The notes beneath the pieces are model-generated. The model saw nothing but the letters and a program-made list of their open reading frames with translations. It searched no databases and was not told where the DNA came from. A program made the position numbers and the translations under genes. A DNA stretch of 40,305 bases from Octopus bimaculoides (Eukaryota): positions 6,715,310-6,755,614 of the forward strand of contig NC_068989.1 of assembly GCF_001194135.2 (NCBI RefSeq), read 5' to 3'. Positions 1 through 12,321 of the stretch are shown piece after piece; the first letter of the stretch is position 1, and every line of letters starts with the position of its first letter.

Positions 1-467
1 TATATATATATGTAAATACATACATGCGTGTTTGTGTGTGTGTACATATCAGAACCATTTTATCAACTCTTAATGTAGAAAGCTTTAGCGGAGGACAAAG
101 GAATGCTACTTTTATTGTCTCTCATATCTTATCCCTAGAACCCGAGGTAGATGCTGGTGATAATCAATGTAATTTGTCATTTTTTCCTAATAATTAGGGA
201 TATTTCTATAAGACTAAAAGTATCATTTATTTTTAATTAGATACATTGGCTCATTCGCCCCCCCCCCACTCGATGCAAAATACCCTCTCTTCTCTCCATT
301 TTTCATGCTCTACACTCGTTTTCTGTCTTTCTGGCTCTTTGTCTGTCTATTTTCTTTTCCCCTGTTTGTTTCTATTCCTATTTCGATGAATTCCATTCGA
401 ATTTGTTCTGCATATGCGAGAAAACAATTAGATTAACATCTTTCCTGTTATGTATTCGATTACTCAG

Positions 468-535
468 TATATATATATATATATATGTTTATATACATAC
501 ATGTGTGTGTATACACTTACATATATGTGTGTGTG

Positions 536-586
<51 letters not shown>

Positions 587-617
587 ATATATATATATGT
601 GTATGTATGTATATATG
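468..617. repeat. Compound microsatellite (TA)n/(TG)n/(TATC)n
   Basis: Directly visible; the (TATC)n run lies at about 536-585. Confidence 0.95.
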
Positions 618-644
618 CATGTAGGTATATTACATACCTATACA

Positions 645-1011
645 TTCTTTTATTCTTGTTTTATTCTTTCATTTGTTTCAGTCATTTGACTGTGGCCATA
701 CTGGAGCACCACCATTTTTAGTGGAGCAAATCGACCCCAGGATTTATTCTTTTTAAAGCTAGTACTTATTTTATCGGCACTTTTACCAAACCGCTAGGTT
801 AAGGGACGTAAACATACCAGCATCGGTTGTCAAACGATTTTGGGGGGACAAACATAGACACACAAACACACACACTTCCAAGTCCACTCACAAAGCTTTG
901 GTCGGACCGAGGCTATAGTAGAAGACACTTGCCCAAGTTACCACGCAGTGGGACTGCTCGAAACCATGTGGCTAGTAAACAAGCTACTTACCACATAGCC
1001 ACTCCTGCGCC
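645..1011 (-). mobile_element. tRNA-derived SINE, family A, near full length with an internal deletion
   Basis: The minus strand starts GGCGCAGGAGTGGCTATGTGGTAAGTAGC (A-box-like), followed by a CA-rich linker at about 855-877 and the 3' module CTGGGGTCGATTTGCTC...CAGTCAAATGACTGAAACAA. It matches the copies at 6734-7352, 21343-21632 and 31788-32808. Confidence 0.85.
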
Positions 1012-1012
<1 letters not shown>

Positions 1013-1063
<51 letters not shown>

Positions 1064-1169
1064 NNNNNNNNNNNNNNNNNNNNNNNNNNNNNNNNNNNNN
1101 NNNNNNNNNNNNNNNNNNNNNNNNNNNNNNNNNNNNNNNNNNNNNNNNNNNNNNNNNNNNNNNNNNNNN

Positions 1170-1221
<52 letters not shown>

Positions 1222-1231
1222 GATAGATAGA

Positions 1232-1265
<34 letters not shown>

Positions 1266-1270
1266 CATAC
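1013..1270. repeat. (CA)n, gap, then (TA)n/(GATA)n/(CATA)n microsatellite
   Basis: Directly visible; the N-gap spans 1064-1169. Confidence 0.95.
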
Positions 1271-1674
1271 AAACATATCTTTATTCCTTTCTCTATGTGT
1301 TCCAGCTAAAACAAAGATCCTTCGTAAATGAGAAGTTGTTTTCCAATGATGAAACACAACAGCGATTAGCATATTCACATTCAAATCTGGTGGAACATTA
1401 AAAATAAATCCGCTAATCCTCGTGCACATTAATTTTATACAAAATAATTGAACTGATTGAAGCTCTTAGAAAAGTGTTTCTCGACCAATTCTAAACAAAT
1501 GAACCTCTTTGATTCTTAAGTGTTACTTTTCTGAACTTCAATTACCATGTGATGTCTAAAAAATACTATGATATTTTAACGACTAAACATTATTAGGAAT
1601 TGTACAAAAAATTGTGAAAGCGAAAGTGAAAGTAAAAATGAAACCAATTTACCACAGGTAAATTATAACAGAGG

Positions 1675-1722
1675 TTTATAAGGGCAGCCAAGAGTCATGC
1701 AGACCCTGGTTGAGAGCCACTG
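1675..1722. mobile_element. Possible terminus of a hAT-type MITE
   Basis: Ends in GGTTGAGAGCCACTG, whose reverse complement resembles the CAGTGGTTCTCAACC terminal repeat of hAT/Charlie-type elements. No partner end was found. Confidence 0.3.
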
Positions 1723-1729
1723 TTATAGA

Positions 1730-1866
1730 ATTCCTTCCGCTGTAGGCACAAGGCCTGAAACTTGGGGAGAAGGAGATTGACCTCAGTTCCCAATTGGTGC
1801 TTAGTTCATCGACAGCGAGACGATGAAAGGCAAATTGCCCCCTGGCGGTATTTGAACTCAGAATGT
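1730..1866 (-). mobile_element. tRNA-derived SINE, family B, degenerate 3' part
   Basis: The minus strand has the B-box-like GAGTTCAAATACC, then GCCTTTCATC...GTCGATGAACTAAGCACC and the tail TTTCAGGCCTTGTGCCTACA. It is homologous to 17512-17704. Confidence 0.6.
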
Positions 1867-1997
1867 TGAGATTACGACAGTCAAGGAATAAGACATTTGC
1901 TCAAAATGCAATGCGGTGGGCTCGAAATTGGGGCTCGAATACTTTTAAAAAGAGTTTCCCTAACCAGTCAGCCATGGATATGTCCAGACATGCACAT

Positions 1998-2002
<5 letters not shown>

Positions 2003-2050
<48 letters not shown>
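2003..2050. repeat. (GACA)n microsatellite
   Basis: Directly visible. Confidence 0.97.
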
Positions 2051-2400
2051 TACAGGCAGGCAGGCAGACGGAACCTCATGATAATCTGTGAATTTGGAAT
2101 GTAAACTTTCGATGGATGTCAAAAATGAATCGTTGTTTATCTGATTTATTCTGTGTCACAACCACCTCCATTCCTCCTGATAATACTCTATTTAAATTCT
2201 CTCCACGGAACCAGTCGACAATTCGAAATAAAAATAATAATAAGAAGAAGAAACAAAAAAAAGCAACAACCCCGGAAAAAATCCTAAAAAAGAATCAAAG
2301 AACGCCATAAACCAAAAAAGCACTTTGCAAGTGTTCTTTCTCTTCCTTTGTCGACCACTACCAGCATCATTACATCCATCTTCATCATCATCACTAACTG

Positions 2401-2430
2401 TTGTTATTATTATTATTATTATTTCAATTA

Positions 2431-2494
<64 letters not shown>

Positions 2495-2534
2495 TGTTAT
2501 TATTATTACTGTTATTATTTAATATTATTATTGA

Positions 2535-2585
<51 letters not shown>

Positions 2586-2600
2586 CTATAATTATAATTG
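2401..2600. repeat. (ATT)n microsatellite
   Basis: Directly visible; it explains the poly-I, poly-L and poly-Y ORFs. Confidence 0.97.
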
Positions 2601-2637
2601 AGAAATATAAAGTATGTTTGAATGCACATGCATGAGC

Positions 2638-2675
<38 letters not shown>

Positions 2676-2900
2676 NNNNNNNNNNTAGATAGATAGATAG
2701 ATAGATAGATAGATATAGATGTATACATATATATACTCACAGACGCATATATACATACACCTACATATGTACGTACGTATGTATATATATATATATATGT
2801 ATATATATAAATATAAATATATATATATATGTATGTATATATGTATATATATGTATGCATGTGCGTGTATGTATGTGTGTGTACATTACATACATACATA
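2638..2900. repeat. (TA)n/(GATA)n/(TG)n compound low-complexity tract
   Basis: Directly visible. Confidence 0.9.
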
Positions 2901-3065
2901 CATAGTTATATCATATTTCTGTGTTATAAAAAAAACATTGTGTTATAATATTTATCTTTTACTCTTGTGGAAAAACTGATTACTATTATTGGAAGAGTTC
3001 TGCTCTTTTTATTATTATTTTAAATTGTTGTTGTTGATGTTGTTGATCTTCTCGATGATGTCGTT

Positions 3066-3106
3066 ACTATTATTATTATTATTATTATTATTATCATTAT
3101 TATTAA

Positions 3107-3143
<37 letters not shown>
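3066..3143. repeat. (ATT)n microsatellite running into a gap
   Basis: Directly visible. Confidence 0.95.
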
Positions 3144-3830
3144 NNNNNNNNNNNNNNNNNNNNNNNNNNNNNNNNNNNNNNNNNNNNNNNNNNNNNNNNN
3201 NNNNNNNNNNNNNNNNNNNNNNNNNNNNNNNNNNNNNNNNNNNNNNNNNNNNNNNNNNNNNNNNNNNNNNNNNNNNNNNNNNNNNNNNNNNNNNNNNNNN
3301 NNNNNNNNNNNNNNNNNNNNNNNNNNNNNNNNNNNNNNNNNNNNNNNNNNNNNNNNNNNNNNNNNNNNNNNNNNNNNNNNNNNNNNNNNNNNNNNNNNNN
3401 NNNNNNNNNNNNNNNATATATATATATATATATACATGGAGCAACTGCAGTAGCAGTGGTGGTAGTGTGGTCAATAAAAATAATAATGAAAATAGCGAAA
3501 GCACAGAATCTCTAAGCATAAAAAAATAATTGAACCAAGATGCAAAACTAGATATATTTTAATACTGTTTTAATACACATATTCATAAATTCATAAGCAT
3601 ATACACGCAGAATGACACATGAATACATGCATGCAAACGCATGTGTACACATATGTGGACACACATACACACGCACTCATACACTCATATGTATGTATAT
3701 ATTTATATATGTATATATATATATGCATGTATGTATGTATATAAATTCAGTGTGTATGGATACATACACATATGAATTGCGTTTAAGAATATTTGGTGCA
3801 TAAATATATACGTTCATATCTATTAATTCA

Positions 3831-3893
<63 letters not shown>

Positions 3894-5524
3894 NNNNNNN
3901 NNNNNNNNNNNNNNNNNNNNNNNNNNNNNNNNNNNNNNNNNNNNNNNNNNNNNNNNNNNNNNNNNNNNNNNNNNNNNNNNNNNNNNNNNNNNNNNNNNNN
4001 NNNNNNNNNNNNNNNNNNNNNNNNNNNNNNNNNNNNNNNNNNNNNNNNNNNNNNNNNNNNNNNNNNNNNNNNNNNNNNNNNNNNNNNNNNNNNNNNNNNN
4101 NNNNNNNNNNNNNNNNNNNNNNNNNNNNNNNNNNNNNNNNNNNNNNNNNNNNNNNNNNNNNNNNNNNNNNNNNNNNNNNNNNNNNNNNNNNNNNNNNNNN
4201 NNNNNNNNNNNNNNNNNNNNNNNNNNNNNNNNNNNNNNNNNNNNNNNNNNNNNNNNNNNNNNNNNNNNNNNNNNNNNNNNNNNNNNNNNNNNNNNNNNNN
4301 NNNNNNNNNNNNNNNNNNNNNNNNNNNNNNNNNNNNNNNNNNNNNNNNNNNNNNNNNNNNNNNNNNNNNNNNNNNNNNNNNNNNNNNNNNNNNNNNNNNN
4401 NNNNNNNNNNNNNNNNNNNNNNNNNNNNNNNNNNNNNNNNNNNNNNNNNNNNNNNNNNNNNNNNNNNNNNNNNNNNNNNNNNNNNNNNNNNNNNNNNNNN
4501 NNNNNNNNNNNNNNNNNNNNNNNNNNNNNNNNNNNNNNNNNNNNNNNNNNNNNNNNNNNNNNNNNNNNNNNNNNNNNNNNNNNNNNNNNNNNNNNNNNNN
4601 NNNNNNNNNNNNNNNNNNNNNNNNNNNNNNNNNNNNNNNNNNNNNNNNNNNNNNNNNNNNNNNNNNNNNNNNNNNNNNNNNNNNNNNNNNNNNNNNNNNN
4701 NNNNNNNNNNNNNNNNNNNNNNNNNNNNNNNNNNNNNNNNNNNNNNNNNNNNNNNNNNNNNNNNNNNNNNNNNNNNNNNNNNNNNNNNNNNNNNNNNNNN
4801 NNNNNNNNNNNNNNNNNNNNNNNNNNNNNNNNNNNNNNNNNNNNNNNNNNNNNNNNNNNNNNNNNNNNNNNNNNNNNNNNNATATATATATATACACACA
4901 CAGAAATAAAAACGTAAATTCTACGACAAATATTCACAGGGATATTAACACAAATATTTTCCAAAAAATACATATATAAAAGTATGCACATACACACGTG
5001 ACATTCGTATATTAATATACCTATTAATAAATACAAGATATATATATTATATATACATATATGCATCTATATATATAAATATATACATAAATGCATCTAT
5101 ATATATATAGATATATAAATATGGTGGTGGTTGTCTACTCCTTATACTCGTCATCTGTCTGGAGTAGCATGATTTGCTAGTCGAAGAATTCCTGTCAAGC
5201 TCTTGTAAATATATAATAATTCTAGTGAAATACTTGCACTGATTTCAAACTTAGAAAGAGTACATTTCTAAATCTGAGCAAAGGTTCAGAAACATGTCTC
5301 TAAATGCAGGCTTAGCTGGGTGGAGGCGTTTGTTTCCCCTTTCTACACATAAGGACACAGGAAATGCGTCAAGGCCAACAGGTAGCGGTGCAGCTTCCTG
5401 GGTCTAAACAACAGTAGTATTATTCCCTTCATGGGACTGTCACATTAAGTTGACAGCATACAACTACTTCTTTAATAGTTATGTTTTATCTTTTACTGTT
5501 TCACACACACACACAAAGACAGAC

Positions 5525-5556
<32 letters not shown>

Positions 5557-5974
5557 NNNNNNNNNNNNNNNNNNNNNNNNNNNNNNNNNNNNNNNNNNNN
5601 NNNNNNNNNNNNNNNNNNNNNNNNNNNNNNNNNNNNNNNNNNNNNNNNNNNNNNNNNNNNNNNNNNNNNNNNNNNNNNNNNNNNNNNNNNNNNNNNNNNN
5701 NNNNNNNNNNNNNNNNNNNNNNNNNNNNNNNNNNNNNNNNNNNNNNNNNNNNNNNNNNNNNNNNNNNNNNNNNNNNNNNNNNNNNNNNNNNNNNNNNNNN
5801 NNNNNNNNNNNNNNNNNNNNNNNNNNNNNNNNNNNNNNNNNNNNNNNNNNNNNNNNNNNNNNNNNNNNNNNNNNNNNNNNNNNNNNNNNNNNNNNNNNNN
5901 NNNNNNNNNNNNNNNNNNNNNNNNNNNNNNNNNNNNNNNNNNNATATATATGTATATATATATTTATATATATA

Positions 5975-6150
5975 GGGAGAATTCACAAAAAAACAACAGA
6001 CGAAGACAGGTGGTGTAGAAAACAAATAGATGTATTAGTATAACGCTCGGGAATTGAGAAAGTCCTTAACGTTTCGAGCCTACGCTCTTCACAGAGAGAA
6101 GCAAGGAGAGAAAAAAATGTGTGTAGTGGTCAGCGATCTATCGTGGCGAT
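5975..6150 (-). mobile_element. Short repeat resembling a Penelope-like pseudo-LTR derivative
   Basis: The minus strand reads pyrimidine tract, CTGTGAAGAGCGTAGGCTCGAAACGT, GAGCGTTATACTAATAC, T-rich tail, then (TA)n. This architecture is shared with 32262-32468. Confidence 0.5.
6063..6099 (-). ncRNA. Degenerate minimal type I hammerhead-ribozyme-like motif
   Basis: Minus strand: TCTCT-CTGTGAA-GAGC gtag GCTC-GAAA-CGT-T-AAGGA. Stem II is a perfect 4 bp, GAAAC is present, stem III is the palindrome ACGT, and stem I forms 4 of 5 pairs. The core deviates from CUGANGA. Confidence 0.4.
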
Positions 6151-6159
6151 AGATAAAGT

Positions 6160-6195
<36 letters not shown>

Positions 6196-6200
6196 TAGAT
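6160..6200. repeat. (GATA)n microsatellite
   Basis: Directly visible. Confidence 0.9.
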
Positions 6201-6733
6201 ATACATACATATATATGTATATATATATGTGTGTGAGAGTTTGCGTGCATGTGTGTGTGTGTACGTGTGTGTGTGAACGTGTGTGATTCGTATTCAAAGT
6301 TAGCAAAACGAAAAACTACAGATGAGAGAAAATGAAACTACAATGTACTACATAGTTTAATGCTCAGTAGAAGATTTGGAAATGACTATAGTAGGAAAAA
6401 GAAAAGAAAAAATAAAGGGTGTTATGGGAAATGTATCGATCTGGCTTGGTCATTTTTGAAAATGGCAAATGTCGACTTACTGGAAGTGACAGAGAAGGAT
6501 TGAAGTTTCATACGTACCAGAGCTGCAGGATAGGAATTTGTGTGTAAATTATTTATGAATGTGTGAGTATGTATGAGTGTCCTTCTCTGTAATATAATGT
6601 ACGCAGTGAACAAGTTCTGTACTGATGTATGTGTATGTATTTATTAGTAATCACGTTAGAAATGCATTTGTATGGGTTCCTTTCAATATTACTGTGTACC
6701 TTGTGTATCAAGTATATAAGGACTTCTATGTAT

Positions 6734-6956
6734 TACTCTTTTACTCTTTTACTTGTTTCAGTCATTTGACTGTGGCCATGTTAGAGCACCGCCTTTAGTC
6801 GATCAAATCGACCCCAGGACTTATTCTTTGGAAGCCTAATACTTATTCCATTGGTTTCTTTTGCCGAACAGCTAAGCTACGGGGACGTAAACACACCAGC
6901 ATCGGTTTTCAAGCGATGTTGGGGGGACAAACACAGACCCATAAACATATACACAC

Positions 6957-7013
<57 letters not shown>

Positions 7014-7352
7014 NNNNNNNNNNNNNNNNNNNNNNNNNNNNNNNNNNNNNNNNNNNNNNNNNNNNNNNNNNNNNNNNNNNNNNNNNNNNNNNCTACGGGG
7101 ACGTAAACACACCAGCATCGGTTTTCAAGCGATGTTGGGGGGACAAACACAGACCCATAAACATATACACACACATACATACATATATACGACGGGCTTC
7201 TTTCAGTTTCCGTCTACCAAATCCACTCAGAATGCTTTGGTCGGCCCGAGGCTATAGCAGAAGACACTTGCTCAAGGTGCCACGCAGTGGGACTGAACCC
7301 GGAACCATGTGGTTGGTAAGCAAGCTCCTTACCACACTGCCACTCCTACACC
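6734..7352 (-). mobile_element. tRNA-derived SINE, family A, full length, spanning a gap
   Basis: The head at 7190-7352 has the A-box-like TGGCAGTGTGG, the B-box GGGTTCAGTCCC and CCTTGAGCAAGTGTC. It is followed by a (TA)n linker, the 3' module at 6750-6950 and a (GTAAAAGA)n tail at 6734-6752. Confidence 0.88.
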
Positions 7353-8151
7353 TATAATTACTGCATAATTATGGAGTGTATGTGTGTATATATGCATGTG
7401 TGTATGCATGTGTGTATAATCAAGTGTATTTTTCTACATGCATTTACGAGTGGTTTTTCGTAGTTTCAATGCACCTTCAGCTCTATGTGAATTTATATTG
7501 TAGATACGGATGCATTGTGGAGAAATGTGCATCAGAGTGTGTGCACCTGTGTTAGCTATGTCTACCTCTCTGTCTGTCTGTCTGTCTATCTATCTATAAT
7601 CTATCCATCTATCTATCTGTCTACCTATCTTTTTATCTATTTAATATCTATTTATCTTTCTATCTATCTATCTATCTGTCTGCCTATCTGTCTCTTTGTC
7701 CGTCCGCCTGTACATATATACACACTATATACGCATGTATGAATGTAAACAAAAGAAAAAACAGAATGCTACAGTTCACATCAATTAGAATGTATTTGAT
7801 AATCCATTCCGTTGCTAATTTTATCACTCCCATCACACAAATTGATTTTAAATTGTTTGGCTTTAAAAATTTGTGATTTGAGTGCTTTGTGAACGGCTTG
7901 TTTTATAAGCAGACTGGTCGTGATTGATTAAGTAACGTTCTCTCCTATGAACTCTCCAGTTCTTCACCACATTGGATGTTTGAAAATATATTCCGTTCGG
8001 CCACCAGACTTCAACCATTCTCTGATGCTATCATTCGTATAAATTTGGCTCTCGCTGCATGCTACTATTAGTAACGTGTGTTTATAAGTATTTCGTTATG
8101 TTTAACGGAGGTCCTATTTCCTTACGTAAATTGGAGTCGAGATTAAGTATA

Positions 8152-8372
8152 CATACATTCATTCACACATACATACATACATACATACATACATACATAC
8201 GCAAATACACACATACATACGTACGTAAATACATACATACTCATACATACATGCATACATACATTCGTACCTACATATAAACTTGCAGATCAAACAACTG
8301 ACAAGCAAATCTGTGGTATTGAGCAGAATATTTAGTGTAACCCATCTTTATTATTATCATTATTATTATTGT

Positions 8373-8412
<40 letters not shown>
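8152..8412. repeat. (CATA)n at 8152-8278 and (ATT)n/(GTA)n at 8349-8412
   Basis: Directly visible. Confidence 0.92.
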
Positions 8413-9683
8413 TAAAACGGTTTGATTCGGCTCCATGCAATTTAAAGTTTCGAGCGCTTCTAAAAGAAACCTGGCTGGTTCAGGCTCAGAATACCGAATG
8501 CAGAAATGCAGGAAGCCAATGGTGGCTAGTAAAAATGGGCTGCTGTTGGTCAAGGCGAGTCACATGGTGTTGTTAGTAGTGAGATTGGCATTTCAGCGAC
8601 ACCGGTTGCATCGGAAAAGTGCATTTCTTGAACCGAGTGGCTGGACGGGGCAAGCTGATGGTGATAGAAAGAGGGGGGCGAGAGAGAGAACGAGAGAGTG
8701 GGAAGAAGGAAAGAAGGAAAGACAAAGTGAGAATGTCTATACCAGGTGTACGTGTGCGTGAATGTGAGTGTGTTATCGCTTGTATGAGTGTGTGTACGGG
8801 CGAATAAGTGTGCGTTAGTGCGTGTGCTGTGCTATACGCGTGCGTACGTGTGTTTGTTTTTCTGAGATGTACGTCGAAACGTCTAGTTAGAATAGAGGCA
8901 GCTGACGAAGGATTAATTCCAAGTGGCTATCTGTTTTCCTATGTGTTCGTCATGTGGTCTGTAGTTCATTGTTCTAACGTCCTGTACCCTGATATGCATC
9001 TTCTATATACACATGTAGATGTAAGTATGTACATATATATGTATATACATGCATACATATTCTTTTTTTATATATATATATATATNNNNNNNNNNNNNNN
9101 NNNNNNNNNNNNNNNNNNNNNNNNNNNNNNNNNNNNNNNNNNNNNNNNNNNNNNNNNNNNNNNNNNNNNNNNNNNNNNNNNNNNNNNNNNNNNNNNNNNN
9201 NNNNNNNNNNNNNNNNNNNNNNNNNNNNNNNNNNNNNNNNNNNNNNNNNNNNNNNNNNNNNNNNNNNNNNNNNNNNNNNNNNNNNNNNNNNNNNNNNNNN
9301 NNNNNNNNNNNNNNNNNNNNNNNNNNNNNNNNNNNNNNNNNNNNNNNNNNNNNNNNNNNNNNNNNNNNNNNNNNNNNNNNNNNNNNNNNNNNNNNNNNNN
9401 NNNNNNNNNNNNNNNNNNNNNNNNNTATATATATGTATGCTTTTTATATATATGCATGCGGTTGTTACAGATGTGTTTTACTGCAACATGTGAGCGGGTG
9501 TATGAATGTATATGTGTGTGCATGTATGTATATTCATATAATACTGCACAAGCCCCAGGAGCACATTGATACACCCCCGTGACGATGCAGAAATTCTCAT
9601 GAAACTACCGAAAACAATAATTATAATGATATATATACATGCATATTTACATCTGTCTATCTATCCATTTGTCTCTCTCTCTC

Positions 9684-9734
<51 letters not shown>

Positions 9735-10722
9735 ACAGAGAGTGATAAAAAGGTAGATAGGTAGATATACATATACTCATACATATATATATATATATAT
9801 ATATACATATATATGTATATGTATGTGTGTGTGTACATATATATATATATATATATGTAAGTATTTAAATATATTTATGAGTGTGGGTGAGTGAGTGTGT
9901 GTATGTGTTCACAGATAAATAGAAACGAGATTAGAGATCTGGATAAAATATTTTCTGTTGATAGGTCAAGGTTCGTAAGAAAAAGATTAAGCAGTGTCCG
10001 TTTCTATTTTCAATTTAGAAAACAGGGTTTTTATTTTATTTTTCGATAACGCAACGGCCTAATGTAGTGCCTCAAGTGAATTGTATAAGAAAGATCAGCA
10101 CCAGAATTCGTTCCTATTCACGAACAGAACTCTACAGAATGTAGATTAGATTTATCTAAATTCTAGAGGAACATAGAATCCGCTGAGTAGTAAGACGGTC
10201 TTGGCTAAATATCCATAGGATGGCGTCCTTAACGTTGCTCCCTTTCTTTCTTGTCTGATTTCCGATCAGATCGATTCTCTATTGAACAGGAATTCTTAAG
10301 AATCTTGTCCATTAATGCAATTTTCTAATACATGTATATTGATGTATGCATGCTTATATGTGTGTGAGTGTTTATGTATGTATGCATGCATGTATGTATG
10401 TATGTGTGTATGTATGCATGTATGTATATATACACATATATATCTATATAAAAATGCATGAATGTACGTACGTATATATAAATAAGTATATATAATGCAT
10501 TATGCATGTGTAAATAAATGAGTGTATATTTATATGACTATATGTCGCTCAATCTATCGATATATACATGCGTACATACGTACATATATATACATTTAGA
10601 CACACGCATCTATATATACGTACAAACACATATACATCATAAATGCACATGTGTGTGGGGAAATATGTGCGTATATAGATATATAATATATATATATTTA
10701 TATATATGTGTGTGTATGTGTG

Positions 10723-10755
<33 letters not shown>

Positions 10756-11267
10756 GGAGTTAAAGATAGAGAGAAAATATATATATGTATACATACATCA
10801 TAAATGCGTATATATTTAAGTGTGTGTAATTATATGTATACGCGCACAAACATACATACACATATGTATATGAGCATATACACATACCGAAGCATTATTT
10901 TTTTTCATTTTGCATATTATTGTGATAGTATTTCACAATAATACACATACTTGCGTGTTTGATTTCGTATTAGTTTTTCTCTTGATTTCCCGACATAATT
11001 TTTTTTAAAGCAATTTCTAAAAGAAAACTACATGAAGCATATTCCCTATCTCAAGCTCAATCAAAATGGCCCTTAATTCTACACCATTTTTTTCTTCTGA
11101 AGCCTACATGTTCATGAATAAGCACAGATTCAGATACAGAGGTGTATACACACGCACGCGTTTATACGCTTAAATTTATCTCGGCATTGTATGCATGTAT
11201 GTATGTACGTATGTATGTATTTGTGCATATATCGCAATATTTTCTCTTAGTAAATATTTTTCTCCTG

Positions 11268-11340
11268 CTTTGATCCATTGGACAGTGGATACGCTGGGAC
11301 ACCGACTGCAAGGTCTTCAGTCGATTATATTGATCTCACT
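11268..11340 (-). mobile_element. Highly degenerate 3' fragment of a family-A-like SINE
   Basis: CATTGGACAGTGGATACGCTGGGACACCG...CAGTCGATTATATTGATC resembles CATTTGACTGTGGCCATG...GCACCG...AGTCGATCAAATCGACC in the 6734 copy. Confidence 0.4.
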
Positions 11341-11988
11341 AAGCATATGTATGTGTATGTGTACATAATATGTACGTGTTTTAGATAGATGTATAGATAG
11401 TAAATACACAGACTACATATACACAAACACACATATACATATATATACATACATGTGTGTGTGATTGTGTGTGTGTGTGTTTGAGTGTTAGTGTGTGTGT
11501 TTTTTGTGCATGTGTGTACGTATTTGCATCCATGTATACATGTCTATATTTATGTGCATACATATAAAGTGACGCATTGTTATAACGCACCAGCTGAAAA
11601 GAAGGGATTGGACAAGATATAAACATTGTTTATAAATCACAATAAAATAATAATGCTGCATAGACAGCGAATCGCCTGGAAATCGGGTTGATTCGACGAA
11701 TTGTTTATTAATTCTCATCATCCGAACTAAGCCTCTTATCCAAATCAGGAGAGAAAACTATTTTCCTTGAGCATATCGTCACACATGATTCAACATTGGA
11801 TCCACACATACAAAGCCTGCTGTGGATTACCGCCTGCGCAAAGTTGTTTGCATAGATTTTACTAGTAATATTTCACGCATACATGTATCTTTCATTGTTA
11901 CCGTTTAGCCATATTTGATCATCTGACGTATAAATTTATCAGACATGTTCGATGGCCTCTTTACAGATGCCTATTGTTACTGAGTGAA

Positions 11989-12321
11989 GGCGCATGGCTC
12001 AGTGGTTAGAGCGTCGAACTTACGATCTTGAGGTTATGAATTCGAATCCCGGACCGGGCTGCGTGTTGTGTTCTTGAGCAAGACACTTTATTTCACGTTG
12101 CTCCAGTTCACTCAGCTGTAGCAATGAGTTGCGACGTCACAGGTGTCAAGCTGTATCGGCCCCTTTGCCTTTCCCTTGGATAACACTGGTGGCGTAGAGA
12201 GGGGAGGCCGGTATGCATGGGCGACTGCTGGTCTTCCATAAGCAAACTTGCCTGGACTTGTGCCTGGGAGGGTAACTTTCTAGGTGCAATCCCATGGTCA
12301 GTCATGACCGAAGGGGGTCTC
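11989..12321 (+). mobile_element. tRNA-derived SINE, family C (about 330 bp)
   Basis: The head GGCGCATGGCTCAGTGGTTAGAGC carries the A-box TGGCTCAGTGG (11995-12005) and the B-box-like GAATTCGAATCC (12038-12049). It is followed by a SINE-core-like TTGTGTTCTTGAGCAAGACACTT...CACTCAGCTGTA and a tRNA-unrelated body. Confidence 0.8.

Noticed and set aside
8642-8663. TGGACGGGGCAAGCTGATGGTG resembles miR-184 at its 5' end
   Set aside because: Only the seed region matches, and there is no complementary arm nearby to form a precursor hairpin.
8858-8925. Hammerhead-like words (CTGAGA...GAAACGTC, and CTGACGAAGGATTAATTCC)
   Set aside because: The first lacks N7 and stem I pairing. The second has no following GAAA. 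They do not assemble into one valid core.
9965-9974. Possible micro-exon after TTTTCTGTTGATAG
   Set aside because: There are two alternative donors (6 or 10 nt) and no supporting evidence. Such patterns are common by chance.
11989-12060. Possible tRNA gene
   Set aside because: It has A and B boxes but no proper acceptor stem or terminating T-run, and it continues directly into a SINE body. The same applies to the heads at 31788 and 17704.
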